This document shows, piece by piece, positions 12,734 to 25,066 of a stretch of 64,000 nt of DNA. The DNA comes from Chara braunii (Eukaryota > Plantae > Charophyceae): NCBI GenBank assembly GCA_003427395.1, contig BFEA01000010.1:5945725-6009724 (forward strand). Direction: 5' to 3'. Every line of letters begins with the position of its first letter. Position 1 is the first letter of the stretch. The notes under the pieces are model-generated. The model saw only the letters and a program-made list of their open reading frames with translations, searched no databases and was not told the DNA's origin. Made by a program: the position numbers and the translations under genes.

Positions 12734-12989
12734 CAGTGGCAGAGAGGTAGTGCTGGTCGTCGTGTCGCTTTGCCATCGCCGGCGTCGTACATAGAAACTG
12801 GGCAAAGATGGAAGTCGATAGGCATGAGGTCTCATTTGCAGTGCTCCATGTGTATGCCCTTAACATTTGGATGGCGGGAGTCTTATTCATTTCCTATTTT
12901 TGGTTGTTTCCTTTTCTTTCTTCCTTTCGCACTGTTCATGGGTTTTTTTTTTTCGCGCTCCCTGCTTTCGTTTTTTTCATGGATGTATG

Positions 12990-13207
12990 TGCGGAAACGA
13001 TGATCATATGTGTGTGTGCACATGTACCTTTATGGTCGATTGATCGATTCACATATCAGTTGCAATGCTTCGCCGATCGCCTGACTGACGTGCGTGATTG
13101 ATTGCTTGATCGAGTGATCCATTTTGCCCTACGAACCAAAGGCGACCCTGACCACAGCAATAAATGGATCAATCAATCAATCATTCGATCAGTCGGTCTA
13201 TCGATCG

Positions 13208-13252
<45 letters not shown>

Positions 13253-13503
13253 CCAATCAATCCACCAATCAATGAATAGTTATCAAAAACAGAAATACAA
13301 AACGACAATAACGAAGCACGGGTGATGAAGTGTTGCGACATGCATGTGCAATCTTGTACATCTCTCTATTTTCAAAACATGGAGTTGTGGTTGTTTTGTT
13401 TGCCGGACATTTTCTTTGGAGTTTCGTTTGTCGTTGGTCGGTAATGTATGCTTCTCGTTTCACGCAACTTTCGCAGGTTCATGCATGCGCTTCAAACGAC
13501 GAT

Positions 13504-13544
<41 letters not shown>

Positions 13545-13871
13545 CTTTGTAACAAACTAATTGATTGCTTTATCGAAGCAAAGGATCAATCAATCGATCA
13601 ATCAATCGATCAATCAATCAATCAATCAATTGATCAATCGATCCATCGATCCATCGATCGATCAATCAATCAATCAATCATTGACAAAATCAATCAATCA
13701 ATCAAACAATCAATCAATCAATCAAACAATCAACCAATCTATGAACAATTTTGAAACAGAGAAATAGAAGACGACCATAACGAAGGGCCTGTGATGAATT
13801 GTTGCCAAATGCATGTGCAATGGTGTACTTCTGTCTTTTTCAAAACATGGAGTTATAGTTGTCTTGTTTGG

Positions 13872-13929
<58 letters not shown>
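12990..13929. repeat. ~490-bp internal tandem repeat of the Harbinger with (TG)n and (ATCA)n tracts; a further unit lies at 19966-20370
   Basis: AAACGAYGATCAT-(TG)n...GATTGATTGCTT...(ATCA)n...CATGCATGTGCAAT...CAAAACATGGAGTT recurs at ~12995, ~13495 and ~19981. Confidence 0.8.
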
Positions 13930-15413
13930 NNNNNNNNNNNNNNNNNNNNNNNNNNNNNNNNNNNNNNNNNNNNNNNNNNNNNNNNNNNNNNNNNNNNNNN
14001 NNNNNNNNNNNNNNNNNNNNNNNNNNNNNNNNNNNNNNNNNNNNNNNNNNNNNNNNNNNNNNNNNNNNNNNNNNNNNNNNNNNNNNNNNNNNNNNNNNNN
14101 NNNNNNNNNNNNNNNNNNNNNNNNNNNNNNNNNNNNNNNNNNNNNNNNNNNNNNNNNNNNNNNNNNNNNNNNNNNNNNNNNNNNNNNNNNNNNNNNNNNN
14201 NNNNNNNNNNNNNNNNNNNNNNNNNNNNNNNNNNNNNNNNNNNNNNNNNNNNNNNNNNNNNNNNNNNNNNNNNNNNNNNNNNNNNNNNNNNNNNNNNNNN
14301 NNNNNNNNNNNNNNNNNNNNNNNNNNNNNNNNNNNNNNNNNNNNNNNNNNNNNNNNNNNNNNNNNNNNNNNNNNNNNNNNNNNNNNNNNNNNNNNNNNNN
14401 NNNNNNNNNNNNNNNNNNNNNNNNNNNNNNNNNNNNNNNNNNNNNNNNNNNNNNNNNNNNNNNNNNNNNNNNNNNNNNNNNNNNNNNNNNNNNNNNNNNN
14501 NNNNNNNNNNNNNNNNNNNNNNNNNNNNNNNNNNNNNNNNNNNNNNNNNNNNNNNNNNNNNNNNNNNNNNNNNNNNNNNNNNNNNNNNNNNNNNNNNNNN
14601 NNNNNNNNNNNNNNNNNNNNNNNNNNNNNNNNNNNNNNNNNNNNNNNNNNNNNNNNNNNNNNNNNNNNNNNNNNNNNNNNNNNNNNNNNNNNNNNNNNNN
14701 NNNNNNNNNNNNNNNNNNNNNNNNTATATATATATATATATATACAAGGCTTATTTATATAGGACGATCACTTCTCACAGTCACAGTGGAACTCCTCTCA
14801 GCCATATATGTATGTAATCGCAGGCAGTCATATCCAGAAGCCGAACTACAAACGCACCTGCAATCACATCAGAGATTCATCCAGAAGTCCACGCACTATA
14901 CAGGGTCAACTTCAATCATTCCTTGCGCTCATACCCCTCGCTTTAGCCATACAAACCTCACTCTTGTACAACTCTTCAAAATAAATGCTCAGTAGTTTTG
15001 TTAAATGGCCATTCAATAAAGTCCGGGTGAAAACGCAACAAAACAGTTCAATCACAAGACTAAAGCCTTTAGGTTGAGTGGCAGGGACGAATTGGAGTTG
15101 AATCGTAAACCGACGAATCGACAACCGACCTGTTATCAGTGATAACAGAAGGTGATCCTTATAGGATCAAGCTGAAGCTAATCCAAGTCCTGAATCGAAG
15201 TCCAACGAAAGTCTGTAACATAAGACAGGTCAATGCCCAAGCTAAATCATCAGCATATGGGGGATAAACCTCCATAGCACATTCTCACTCAAAGGTATCT
15301 GCCAACTAAGTCTAAGTCTACCTCTAAGTCAGTGCCCAAAGCAAAAGAAGACTAACGGGAGGATCTCCCCTATTCAGGGTGGATCGCCAGAATCGCCACG
15401 TGCCCAAATATAA

Positions 15414-15735
15414 TCTAACTCCTCTAAATCAAGAAAATTTCGGCAACGCTTCCCGTAGGAAAAGTGCCTTTTCAGAATTTATATCTTCCCACATATGAAA
15501 ACAAAATTAGTCTTTGACTTTCCAAAACCCAATTTTGACTAACTCCCTGAATTAACAAAAATTTGGGCAACACTCCCTTTAGAAAAGGAGACTTTTCAGA
15601 TTTTTACTAAGTCATATATGAACTTTAGACAATCTGAACTTTAAAAAGTCAAAAGTCGACTAACTCTTTGGATCTGCAAAAATTTCGGTAGCGCTTCCCG
15701 TAGAGAAAGTAGCTTACCAAAATCTATACAAAGCC
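15414..15735 (-). repeat. Three ~122-bp tandem units, each with a hairpin (two with C-UACG-G loops on the minus strand)
   Basis: CTAACTC...AAAATTTCGG..ACGCTTCCCGTAG..AAAG starts at ~15416, ~15539 and ~15660. Confidence 0.75.
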
Positions 15736-16019
15736 AAGTACAATAAAAAACCTTAGAAAATGCAAGAATCGATCTAAGTAAAAAACATTTGCCCAGAAAA
15801 TGCAGGAATTGAACCAACTCCTATCGCTCTAGCACGTGGCGAGCAACTACAGCAACTACCTGTCAACTGAAACTCACACCAAGTAGTAGCCTCACTCAGC
15901 CACATGCAGGCCAAACCACAAAGGTAAGTACTATCGCCACCCCAAGTCAAAATTTGCAAACAATAGTTCGTAACCTCTCGATGCTTTATTCCCTTATACC
16001 CAACTTACATAGGGCATAA

Positions 16020-16777
16020 AGTCAAGCCGTCTAATCTTATGGAACCTGCCTGACTCAGCCATTGAGTATACACGAACATAGTGCACAACTACTTCTCTCT
16101 TTCTTTTGGGGCATATGACTAAGCCGTTCATCTTAAAACAAGGTTCAGCCGCCCTTAACTGTTTAATATCCAAATTATATATACCTCTCTGAGTTTGGTG
16201 TTCAAAAGTTGGGCATAGGACTGAGCCATTCATCTTAGAACAAGGGCCGACCTGCCCAGGGTTACCCTCAATTATACTCTTAGGTATACTCTCTTCATTT
16301 CATGATAAGCTATAGCCAGGCCGTCCAATCTTATGGAACCCATGCCTGACTAGCCTGTTCATAAATAGGATAATATAAAATACAACCAAAATTTAACCTT
16401 TTGGGTTCCAACATGTGCGAGGCATTGGGCCAGACCGTCCAATCTTATGGAACACATCTGGTCCTTTGCCAGGTTCGTTTCTCTCTGATCCACTGTGTAC
16501 GACATGAGTCCAAAGCCGTCCAATCTTATGGACATGCCTCGCCCCCAGCGAGAATTATCCCCTCAGAATAAAACAGGAAGAGGCTGAGCCGTCCAATCTT
16601 ATGGACTTGCTCAGTCCTCCTTGATCAAAAACAAAAGAAACAGAACAAACCCCAACCAAACATGGCATCCAAACCCTCCAATCTTATGGTATAGGTTTGG
16701 CCCCTGAAAGGTCAGCCACAGTCAAACCCTCACAATTCAGAGCAATCAGACCGTCCAATCTTATGGAACTGGTCTGA
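16020..16777 (-). repeat. Array of nine stem-loops: invariant ATCTTA loop (UAAGAU on minus), semi-conserved inner stem, unit-specific outer stems
   Basis: Loops start at 16034, 16130, 16232, 16328, 16442, 16523, 16596, 16681 and 16758. Core CCGTCCA-ATCTTA-TGGAAC; outer stems include TCAGACC/GGTCTGA, CCAAACC/GGTTTGG and CTGAGC/GCTCAG. Strand tentative. Confidence 0.85.
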
Positions 16778-17516
16778 CCTCGTAGGACCTCTTCAGACTT
16801 AAACAAAACCACCTTTCACCCACCCTTCCCCCAGATGCAACCCCTTATATTCACAATCTGCCTTCAGGCAATCAACAAACTGAAACAGCGATTGCACACA
16901 CTTTCCTTTATTTAGTCTGAGTTGTGTCCTGCCAGTCAATCCAAAGTCAAAATAGGGGTGCATACAGTATACTCAATAAAACATAGCAAGATGTACAGGT
17001 AGGGGTTATACCAGGGTATATAAAGAGAAAGCAATGGTTACCTTTCAATTCCCTGCCTCCAGACCCTCGCCTAGGCTCTGGCAGAGCTCCCGCAATCGGT
17101 GGGGCGAACCTCCCACAGAGGCCTTGGCGCGGATTACGGGTTGCAGTCCCGCCTGCCGCTCTCCTCTCAGGACCAAATAGACTAGACTTAGAGTAAAAAA
17201 GGCAGAAAAAGAAAGTTTGAGTCGCTCAGATACAAGAAGGGTGCTCTCAGACTCGCGCGAGAGGGCCTTGATACCTTGAATCGCCTGAGGGTTCCGCAAT
17301 GATGGCCAAAACACGCGGTCGCCGGTCAATTGAAGTCACACCACTAGTTGCCGACTTTCTGACGACCTCCCAGTCCGCAACAATAACCCCCTCTATCCGA
17401 GCTTGATCACCTACTCTATTTGCAAGCCACCCCTCCGCCGATACTTGATCACCACCTCAGGGCACGACGCTGCCTCTCTCGATCAACCACGGCTACACGG
17501 TCTGGGGAGGCTCCTC

Positions 17517-17732
17517 CTAATAGAGCACTTCCCTGTGCTTCATTCGAGTACGGTCACAACAAGTCCGTATGGTACGACGGCCCACAGTCACGTCGCAGAA
17601 GGCATGATAGCGGTATGTCGTAGCAACACTCAGTGCAGTCAAGGCCTGGTGCGGCAGCCCACTGCAGCAGTTTCGTAAGCCGCAGCCCACAAACCAGATG
17701 CTCGGCCAATCAACAACCTTTACTCTTAGACT
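17517..17732 (-). pseudogene. Possible RPA70 C-terminal-like OB-fold/C4 Zn-ribbon remnant
   Basis: One frame reads VKVVDWPSIWFVGCGLRNCCSGL...ATTYRYHAFCDVTVG and the overlapping frame supplies PGLDCTEC. Together this gives CxxxxC...CxxC..YRY, but it needs two compensating frameshifts. Confidence 0.3.
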
Positions 17733-18227
17733 TCACCAGTCCCCCCGCCCTTCCAAGCATGCTCCCTCTTGCTCCAAACATCGAGATGACACAATCGGAA
17801 TGAAGCCTTCAACTCACTGCGGTGCACCCCTGTGGCTCGCTTCTCGGCTCATCCCACATCACCTGTTCTGTCTGCCCGAGGCCGTGGTGTCTGAGTTAGC
17901 GCACAGGACGAGGGATTCGACAGACACACTCGGGATAATAATGGCATGGCGATCCCAACGAGCAGCCTGAAGGTGGAGTCCCCGGCCATACTAACAAAGG
18001 CGATCACATCAGCGGGTGCAGGGCTATAGCCAGAGTTCCGCTGCCTTGCCAAACGTACAAGATAAGAATGAATCTCCCTTAAAACTTGGGAAGATTCATG
18101 CGGTTGATACTCAACCACTGTTCTGTGATCCGCCTACTGCAATAAGCCAGAAGGTAAGGACTCGTCCGTTAAAACATGCTGCACTTGAAGCACCTCCTCC
18201 TGGATGCGCCCCGGCCAGGTAAGCATT

Positions 18228-18300
<73 letters not shown>

Positions 18301-19992
18301 TGCCTAGCCAAGCTCCCGGCCAGGCTCCCATGACTCAGACGCGAAGGCAAGCACGATCGGGTACTGCCGGACAGGTGAGTCCAGATCAACTGCTTTCTTT
18401 TTTCTTGTTATCTTCCATCCCTGCGTCTGAATGCACTCGGCTCTGACTGCGGCTAGGCTCGGACTTATCGTACAAAAGTCCGACTGTGAAGAAGGAAGGC
18501 CCTGAGGACCGCGTGCATCCACGGATCTGAATCAGTAGGTAAGTTCGGCCTTATCACTCACCCCTCACTCTGCTCTCTCGCTCCACAAGCCCGACACTCC
18601 TTATCCTCTTTTGCGCTTACCTCGTCCGCTGTGCTTTCTACCCTACCGCCCGCTTTCTATCTCCCCGCTCCCACTTTGCTATTCTGCCCTCCGAATGTAT
18701 CCCGACGTGGAACCCGTCCGGGTTCCCTCCCCTCTCGTTGCTGCGCCCGTTGCTTTGCTGCCCGCTACTGATGCGGCACCTGCACAGGGCTCGCCCCGCT
18801 CGAGGTTCCCCCAGACTGGCGCATTACTTGACAGCAGCCGGCCCGCTCCCTCACTCGCACCGCTCACGCACCCGGCGCGATACTCCGTCCCGGTCCACCC
18901 TCCTTCTCGGCTCCCCCATCCTGCGCTCATCTCCTTCAAGCCAACAACACCCCAAAGCCAGTGCTATGCTTGCTTCCTTATCCCCGTCTCCGGCCCGCCT
19001 GTTGCAGCGTCCAGTCTTGGTGTCGAGCAGTAGAACCGCCCGCCGTTCCTCTCCCACCCTGGGGGAAACTTCGACGGGAACCGGCGACTAGCCTTTTCGC
19101 CCCCTGCCCCCCCTTCTGCTGCGCTGTTCCGCAGGCCCTCCCAGGCCTTTGCTGTACCGCTCTACAGGTAGGGGGCCGTCGCCGCACGGACCGATATGGT
19201 TCCCGCACGCCCCCTTGTTAGAGGCCTGAGCACAAGCGTGGTTGCTACAGGGTCTCCTACGACTACAACACACCCCCACGCTGCCCCGCCACGCTTGGAA
19301 TAAAGACAAATAATAATAAAATTTTAAAATAATGACCACGAAAGTTCAAACCAGAGCCGCCCGGCACGGGAAAAATTATTAAAGCCACCCCTCGCCCTAC
19401 CGCGCACCCCCACCGACCGCAAAACCACGGGGGATAGCTCCGCCGGGCCCTCTGCGCTATTCCAACATCCCTGCGCCGTTGCCACCCGGCCTCGATCCTT
19501 GAATCCTCTTTGACGAAAATCCGATACTGTAACCAATAGCACTAGACCCCAAGCTGGGTTTAGCCCTGGCAGTCGCCTAAATAAACGGACACCTCGCGAC
19601 GCGCCCAACTACCGGGAAGCCTTCAGAAGTCATACTGTCGTCGATGTCATCCTCCGTACGTACGCACAGGTCACAGGCAAGCACACCGGTCAACAAGACA
19701 TAGCCTTTTTAATCCCTATTTAATCAGAAGGAAAAAAATATGGCCGGCGGTCCCGCCGACTCTTCAATCATCAACGAAATAAAAAGATCCCGTGCGCCTC
19801 AAAATTCCGCGCGCCCATACACTCTCTATTGTAGTCAACCACCCGGTCAACGTAACTCTCGTACGCAGCCGCGCCTAGCGTAGTATACCTAACTTTAAAC
19901 CACACTATTTTCTGTCACTTGCAAAAACCAGGGCGGATACCCTTGTAAGGGTATTCGCGCCGACATCATGCATGCGCTTCAAACGACGATCA

Positions 19993-20065
<73 letters not shown>

Positions 20066-20157
20066 CTTTGTGACAGACTGATTGATTGCTTGATCGAAGC
20101 AAGGGATCAATCAATCAATCGATCAATCAATCAATCGATCAATGGATTCATCGATCG

Positions 20158-20195
<38 letters not shown>

Positions 20196-20553
20196 CAATC
20201 AACCAATCAACGAACAATTTTGAAACACAGAAATAGAAGACGACCTTAACGAAGGACCCGTGATGAATTGTTGCTACATGCATGTGCAATGGTGTACTTC
20301 TGTCTTTTTCAAAACATGGAGTTGTAGTTGTCTTGTTTGGCGTTTTTTTTTTTTTTTTTTTTTTTTTTTTCCGTTTATCGCTGCCCTTTTTGTTGTGGCG
20401 GGAACAAGCAATCTGAAGAGGGTTTCTCGGTAGTTGACGATTCGACGGTACTATTNNNNNNNNNNNNNNNNNNNNNNNNNNNNNNNNNNNNNNNNNNNNN
20501 NNNNNNNNNNNNNNNNNNNNNNNNNNNNNNNNNNNNNNNNNNNNNNNNNNNNN

Positions 20554-20642
<89 letters not shown>

Positions 20643-20735
20643 GACACAAACGACACGCTTTGTAACCACGGGGATTCAAGCGCATGCTCGAGTTCCAGTA
20701 TACAGTATTGTCATCTCTCTCTCTCTCTCTCTCTC

Positions 20736-20788
<53 letters not shown>

Positions 20789-20791
20789 CGC

Positions 20792-22302
20792 TCATGCTCG
20801 CCACGGACCGGGATCAGGCGGACCATGTACGCGGACATGATGGCCAACGTGTCCAACCAATCTGGCCCTGATCCGCTGCGATGGCGTCGTCAGACCTTGA
20901 AAGTTGATGCGAATGCCGTCGTCATCCTCCTCATCCCCCGCATTGGATGGAACTACCGGACGTCGCCTACGGCGACGATTATGGTCATCGCTGTCGTCAT
21001 CTTCCGAGTCGTTGTCTGATTCCATCATGTCCTGCAGATCGACTTTGAAGTCGAGGAGCAGATTGTGCAAGATGCAGACGGCCATGAACTCACATCAAAT
21101 GGTTTTCAAATTGCCGATTTGCCGCCGCCCAAAATTCCTCCAGATGCCCTTCAGAATGCCGAAGGTACGCTCAATGACATTCCTCGCCATTGAGTGGACA
21201 TCATCGAATGTCACCTGCGCAGGGGTGCGATCCCCACGCGTGCTATGGGGAGTCATCAACCAGTCGAGCAAAGGAAAGCCCGGATCTCCCAACAAGTAGG
21301 GTGCAATAGATGTTCCATCCCGCAACAACGTAGGTTCCCCGAATAACACACCTTCGCCGCTCTCTCCTTGAACGCAAAGACGGGACATTCTCAACACCCG
21401 AGAGTCGTGAAGAGATCCCGAGCTCCCGACATAGACGTCAAAAATCCGGCACTCATGGTCGCAAACGACTTGTGCTATAATGGAGAATTGTCTAGTCCGA
21501 TCGTAGTAGCACTCCGGAAGTTCATTCCTGGGCTTTTCGATGTACAAATATGTACAGGCGCTATCAAGCACTCCGGAAGTTCATTCCTGGGCTTTTCGAT
21601 GTACAAATATGTACAGTCGATAGCGCCCACGCACCCAGGAAAGCCTTTGCGTTCGAAATGATCGAGGCAGTCCTCTAAACGTCGTCCCTGTGGAAAGGAG
21701 ATGACATGAGCGTATTCCCTCACGATAGCTTCAGCCACGTCCTTGTTGCTTCGCAGCGCACTCATAAGACCTATGCCCAACCCATGACTTGATTGCCTGT
21801 AGTAACCGCCAGTCGCCCACCTGATGAGGGCACATGCAAATTTCTGCTCCGCCGGCAGAGGTTGTCTCCAATTCGTGGTCTGGCGCTGTATGTGAGGACC
21901 AATGCGCTGAAGCACTTCATGGAAGAGTGGACGTGGCAACCTGCAGAATCTCACAAAGACCTTGTCATGACGATGGCCCACACGCTGCAGGTCCTTCCAA
22001 ACCCCCCCGCTCCGCTCCAACACCCAAATCCTCCTTTCGTCATCCATCACCCTCTCCATATTCCTCATCGCCAGCCACTCAACAACCATGGTATGGCACA
22101 CACATCCCGCAAGGAGTACGAAGCACTGCTGTGAGTCGACATTGAATATAGGCATGGAGGCTGCAGCCCGCAGCACAACCATGACTACTGCATTCCGCCT
22201 GTTCATCCACTGGATAATCGCCATGACGGTTATGAACAGCACGTCGTCAACGACTTCGTCTCCTCCATTGCGCTGCCGATGATGTGCTCCTCCGCTGTCC
22301 AT
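20792..22302 (-). pseudogene. Harbinger/HARBI1-like DDE transposase, disrupted
   Basis: GAIDCT, GSLHDSRV, LLGDPGF, ERTFGILK and AVCILHN motifs. A 59-bp duplicative insertion at ~21508-21616 shifts the frame; in-frame TGA at 21095-21097. Confidence 0.93.
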
Positions 22303-22928
22303 GTGTGCGCGGATACCGAATCCTGGAACAGGAGGAACAACACCTCGCGCTTCGGAGAAGGCTGCCTTCTGTCACCAACGTCACCCACACCGAAGTCAGT
22401 GAGCACGATGCAACCGGTCGTGTGCTTCATCCCCCGAATGCTTGCAGGGGCGCGCAGGGCGTCCGTGCGTGCAGTGAGGTAGACGTTGCGCTTGGAAGCT
22501 TCAAAGGGAACGGGTATGGCGTTCGCCGCTGTGCGCCTTTGGACCCTGAACCAGTGGACGACTACCCGAACCATAACGTACTGGCCAACGGGCAAACGAC
22601 TTGGAACCCGGTACCCGAGACGGTATGTCGCCCGCCTCCACATCGCTGCTGCGCAGGAAATGCCGCACGGTCGCCCACTATCCACAGACGCCCTTCCATT
22701 TGGACCACCGAGTACGGACCTGGAATGGGCTCAATGGCCCACTCCTTTCCCAAAAAGGAAATACGCCCCGGAATTTCCTTTTTCGGTAACCGGTGCCGAC
22801 GCCACAACAACATTTCGCGGCGGCGGTGGGGTCACCTCTGTTCAATGATTCCCGTTGGCGGTGGGCAGTCGGCTGGAAGTCGTCACTTCCGAAACCGTTT
22901 GCCGCGGTCCTGTGGGGTCCTACCTTTA

Positions 22929-23118
22929 GAGCCTCGTTCCACGCCACTTGAGTTCGAGTGCTACGCGAAAAAATCGTCGTTCCACCCCTCCCTAGATAAA
23001 TGCTTTTTTGTTTTCACATCACATTTTGCATCTCAAGTGGCTGCTCTTGAAACTCAAGTGCAGCCCAGGCAAAATCGCACTTGAGTTCAAGAGCTACCCT
23101 TGGGTTTCAGCCGCGGGG

Positions 23119-23171
<53 letters not shown>

Positions 23172-23955
23172 GCCATGCGTTCCTGGTTCTTGGTCGGTCC
23201 TTTTTGCGGTCCAGCGACCAACTGCTACCGATGGCGATACCGGGTGCCAGCAGTGGAACCGTGGGCAGCGGTGACTGCAGATTCCTGCGGTGACTGCAGA
23301 TTCCGACAGGCTATTGGGTTACTGTTGTAGCGCGCGGTGCACCGTCATTGGGGTGGGAAGATTCAAATCGGTCGCCATGCTGCAGCTGCACGTAGCCGTT
23401 GGGACGGATTGTTGTGGGCGAGGAATGTTCTACCGCGGCAGGTCCAAATGGCAGTACAAGACAAGCACAGTTGCTAGGTTCCTGCACCGGCGTTTGCACG
23501 TGCTTCTGCAAACCTTCGTTGTCCATTCATGTCGTCTGCGCTGTGCTGCGACGTGCATGGCGGACCATGCAAGGAAGTTGTCACTGCTTTGTGTCCACTT
23601 TTGCACGCGTTCCAATCCTGTAGGCTGTGGAGCGCCGCACTGTACCCCCAACAAATTTCAAATTTAAAAACCCGCCGCACTCGTGGTCCCGCACTACACC
23701 TCGCCCCAAGCGGTCCCTAGAGTACCAAACAGCACACCGTAGACAAATATTCTGAAGGCCGGGTGCCGGCCTACTGGATCGAAAACACGCCAGTAAGTCT
23801 CCATAGAAAGGGGAGCCAGGGTGTTTTCCTTTCAAGTGCGACAGTTTCAAGTGCGGCCTGGAACGAGGAGGCGGCATAGTGTAAATTAATCACAATTTTG
23901 CGATTAGGGCGCACTTGAAACTTAAAGAGTTCTCAAGTGGTGTGGAACGAGGCTC
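22929..23955. mobile_element. Tourist/Harbinger-type MITE
   Basis: 24-bp TIR GAGCCTCGTTCCACGCCACTTGAG / CTCAAGTGGTGTGGAACGAGGCTC (one mismatch); TTA on both sides. Confidence 0.9.
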
Positions 23956-23979
23956 TTACTTTATCGGCCTTGCTCCACA

Positions 23980-25066
23980 GAGCCTCGTTCGACACCACTT
24001 GAACTCAAGGGTTGACGGAAAACTCTTCGTTCCACCCCTCCGTAGTGACCTTGCCGTAATGTTTTCACTTTCAACATAGGATTCGTGACCCCCCCCCCAA
24101 AAAAAATGTTGGGTTTGAACGAAATCTATTTAGGATTCTGTGTGTATGGGTTTTATGCCTTCTGTAAGAACAAGATTATTTGCAACGTAAAAAAAAAAAA
24201 CACAAAAAAAAAATTAAAAAAATAATTTTTAAGAACCACTAGAAGCGGCGAGGAAAAAATCAGGTTTCTCCACAATAAATCATTAGTAGGCGAAGTATTG
24301 TATATTTAAAAATTAAATATATATATTTTTTATTATCTCAAAAAATCATGTGTATAGACTGTGGGCAAACTTCCTCTTTTTTAATGTTGTTTTAACTTTT
24401 TTATAAAAAAGAACTTCCTTTTTTTTTATTTTTCACTTGCGTTTAACGAAAAATTTGAAAATGTCTCCGAGACAAAAGTTGTTTGTGCTATTATTTTACA
24501 TAACATATATTTTTCTGGCAATGATTTTATTGTTAACTTCGAAATAACTTTATAGAGTCTATAAAATAGCCCTATATGCCAGAATTCACTAAAACTGTTT
24601 TTTTACAACTTTAGAGTTTATTTTATTTGAGCTCTGTTTTTTTGTCAATCTATTGAGAATGACTTATAGTCCTACAACAGGATTTTTGCAAGCAAGAGTT
24701 TTCCTCCACATTTTGAGGATCGCTCGACTGTTCGTCTGATTTTTGCTTTGTCTTTTGGAAAGTGGTCGAAAATGTATATTTTTTTTAAACCAGAAATAAA
24801 AGTTTGAGTTCTAAATTTTCACTCAGTACAAAATGTTGGGTTTTGTGGTTTTGTATGGTTTTTATGAATCTTGTGTTTTTCCTACTCTCAAGTGTGCATA
24901 CTTGAATCTCAAGTGTCGCTGGGGAAAAATCGCACTTGAACTCAAGGTACCTCCAGGAGGTATACGCGATCCTGGTCCAGGAGTGGTCAAGTCGTGGAGT
25001 TCAGTTTCAAGTGTAGCCTGTTCAAGGGTTTACTCAAAGTGTACATGGAACCATGAAACGAGGCTC
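23980..25066. mobile_element. Related Harbinger-type MITE, older
   Basis: Starts GAGCCTCGTTCGACACCACTTGA and ends AACGAGGCTC-TTA; shares internal motifs (CGTTCCACCCCTCC, AAAATCGCACTTGA) with the adjacent MITE. Confidence 0.7.

Larger units (their letters stand above)
14724..19965 (-). mobile_element. Unclassified >5-kb insert (TG/CA-type terminus, LTR-like); other end hidden in the gap
   Basis: Interrupts the Harbinger tandem repeat exactly at ...GCCGACA|TCATGCATGCGC (empty unit reads GGT|TCATGCATGCGC at ~13478); subterminal palindrome 19933-19958. Strand is tentative, based on ORF remnants and G-U-compatible hairpins. Confidence 0.6.
8205..22925. mobile_element. PIF/Harbinger DNA transposon (autonomous-type, decayed) with nested insert
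   Basis: 41-bp TIRs at 8205-8245 (GGGTAGGACCCCACAGGACCGCGGCAAACGGTTTCGGAAGT) and 22885-22925, 40/41 identical; TTA TSD at 8202-8204 and 22926-22928; convergent Myb/SANT ORF (+) and DDE transposase (-). Confidence 0.92.

Noticed and set aside
13480-13929. Giant TSD or assembly duplication with 19966-20370
   Set aside because: The copies are diverged and a third unit starts near 12990, so this is an internal tandem repeat.
15800-15870. tRNA gene on the minus strand (GGTTCAATTCC)
   Set aside because: Only a B-box-like motif; no convincing acceptor stem or D-arm.
16020-16777. CRISPR array or integron attC interpretation
   Set aside because: Eukaryotic TE context with no cas or integrase genes; repeats are not identical, spacing is irregular, and there are no GTTRRRY/RYYYAAC boxes.
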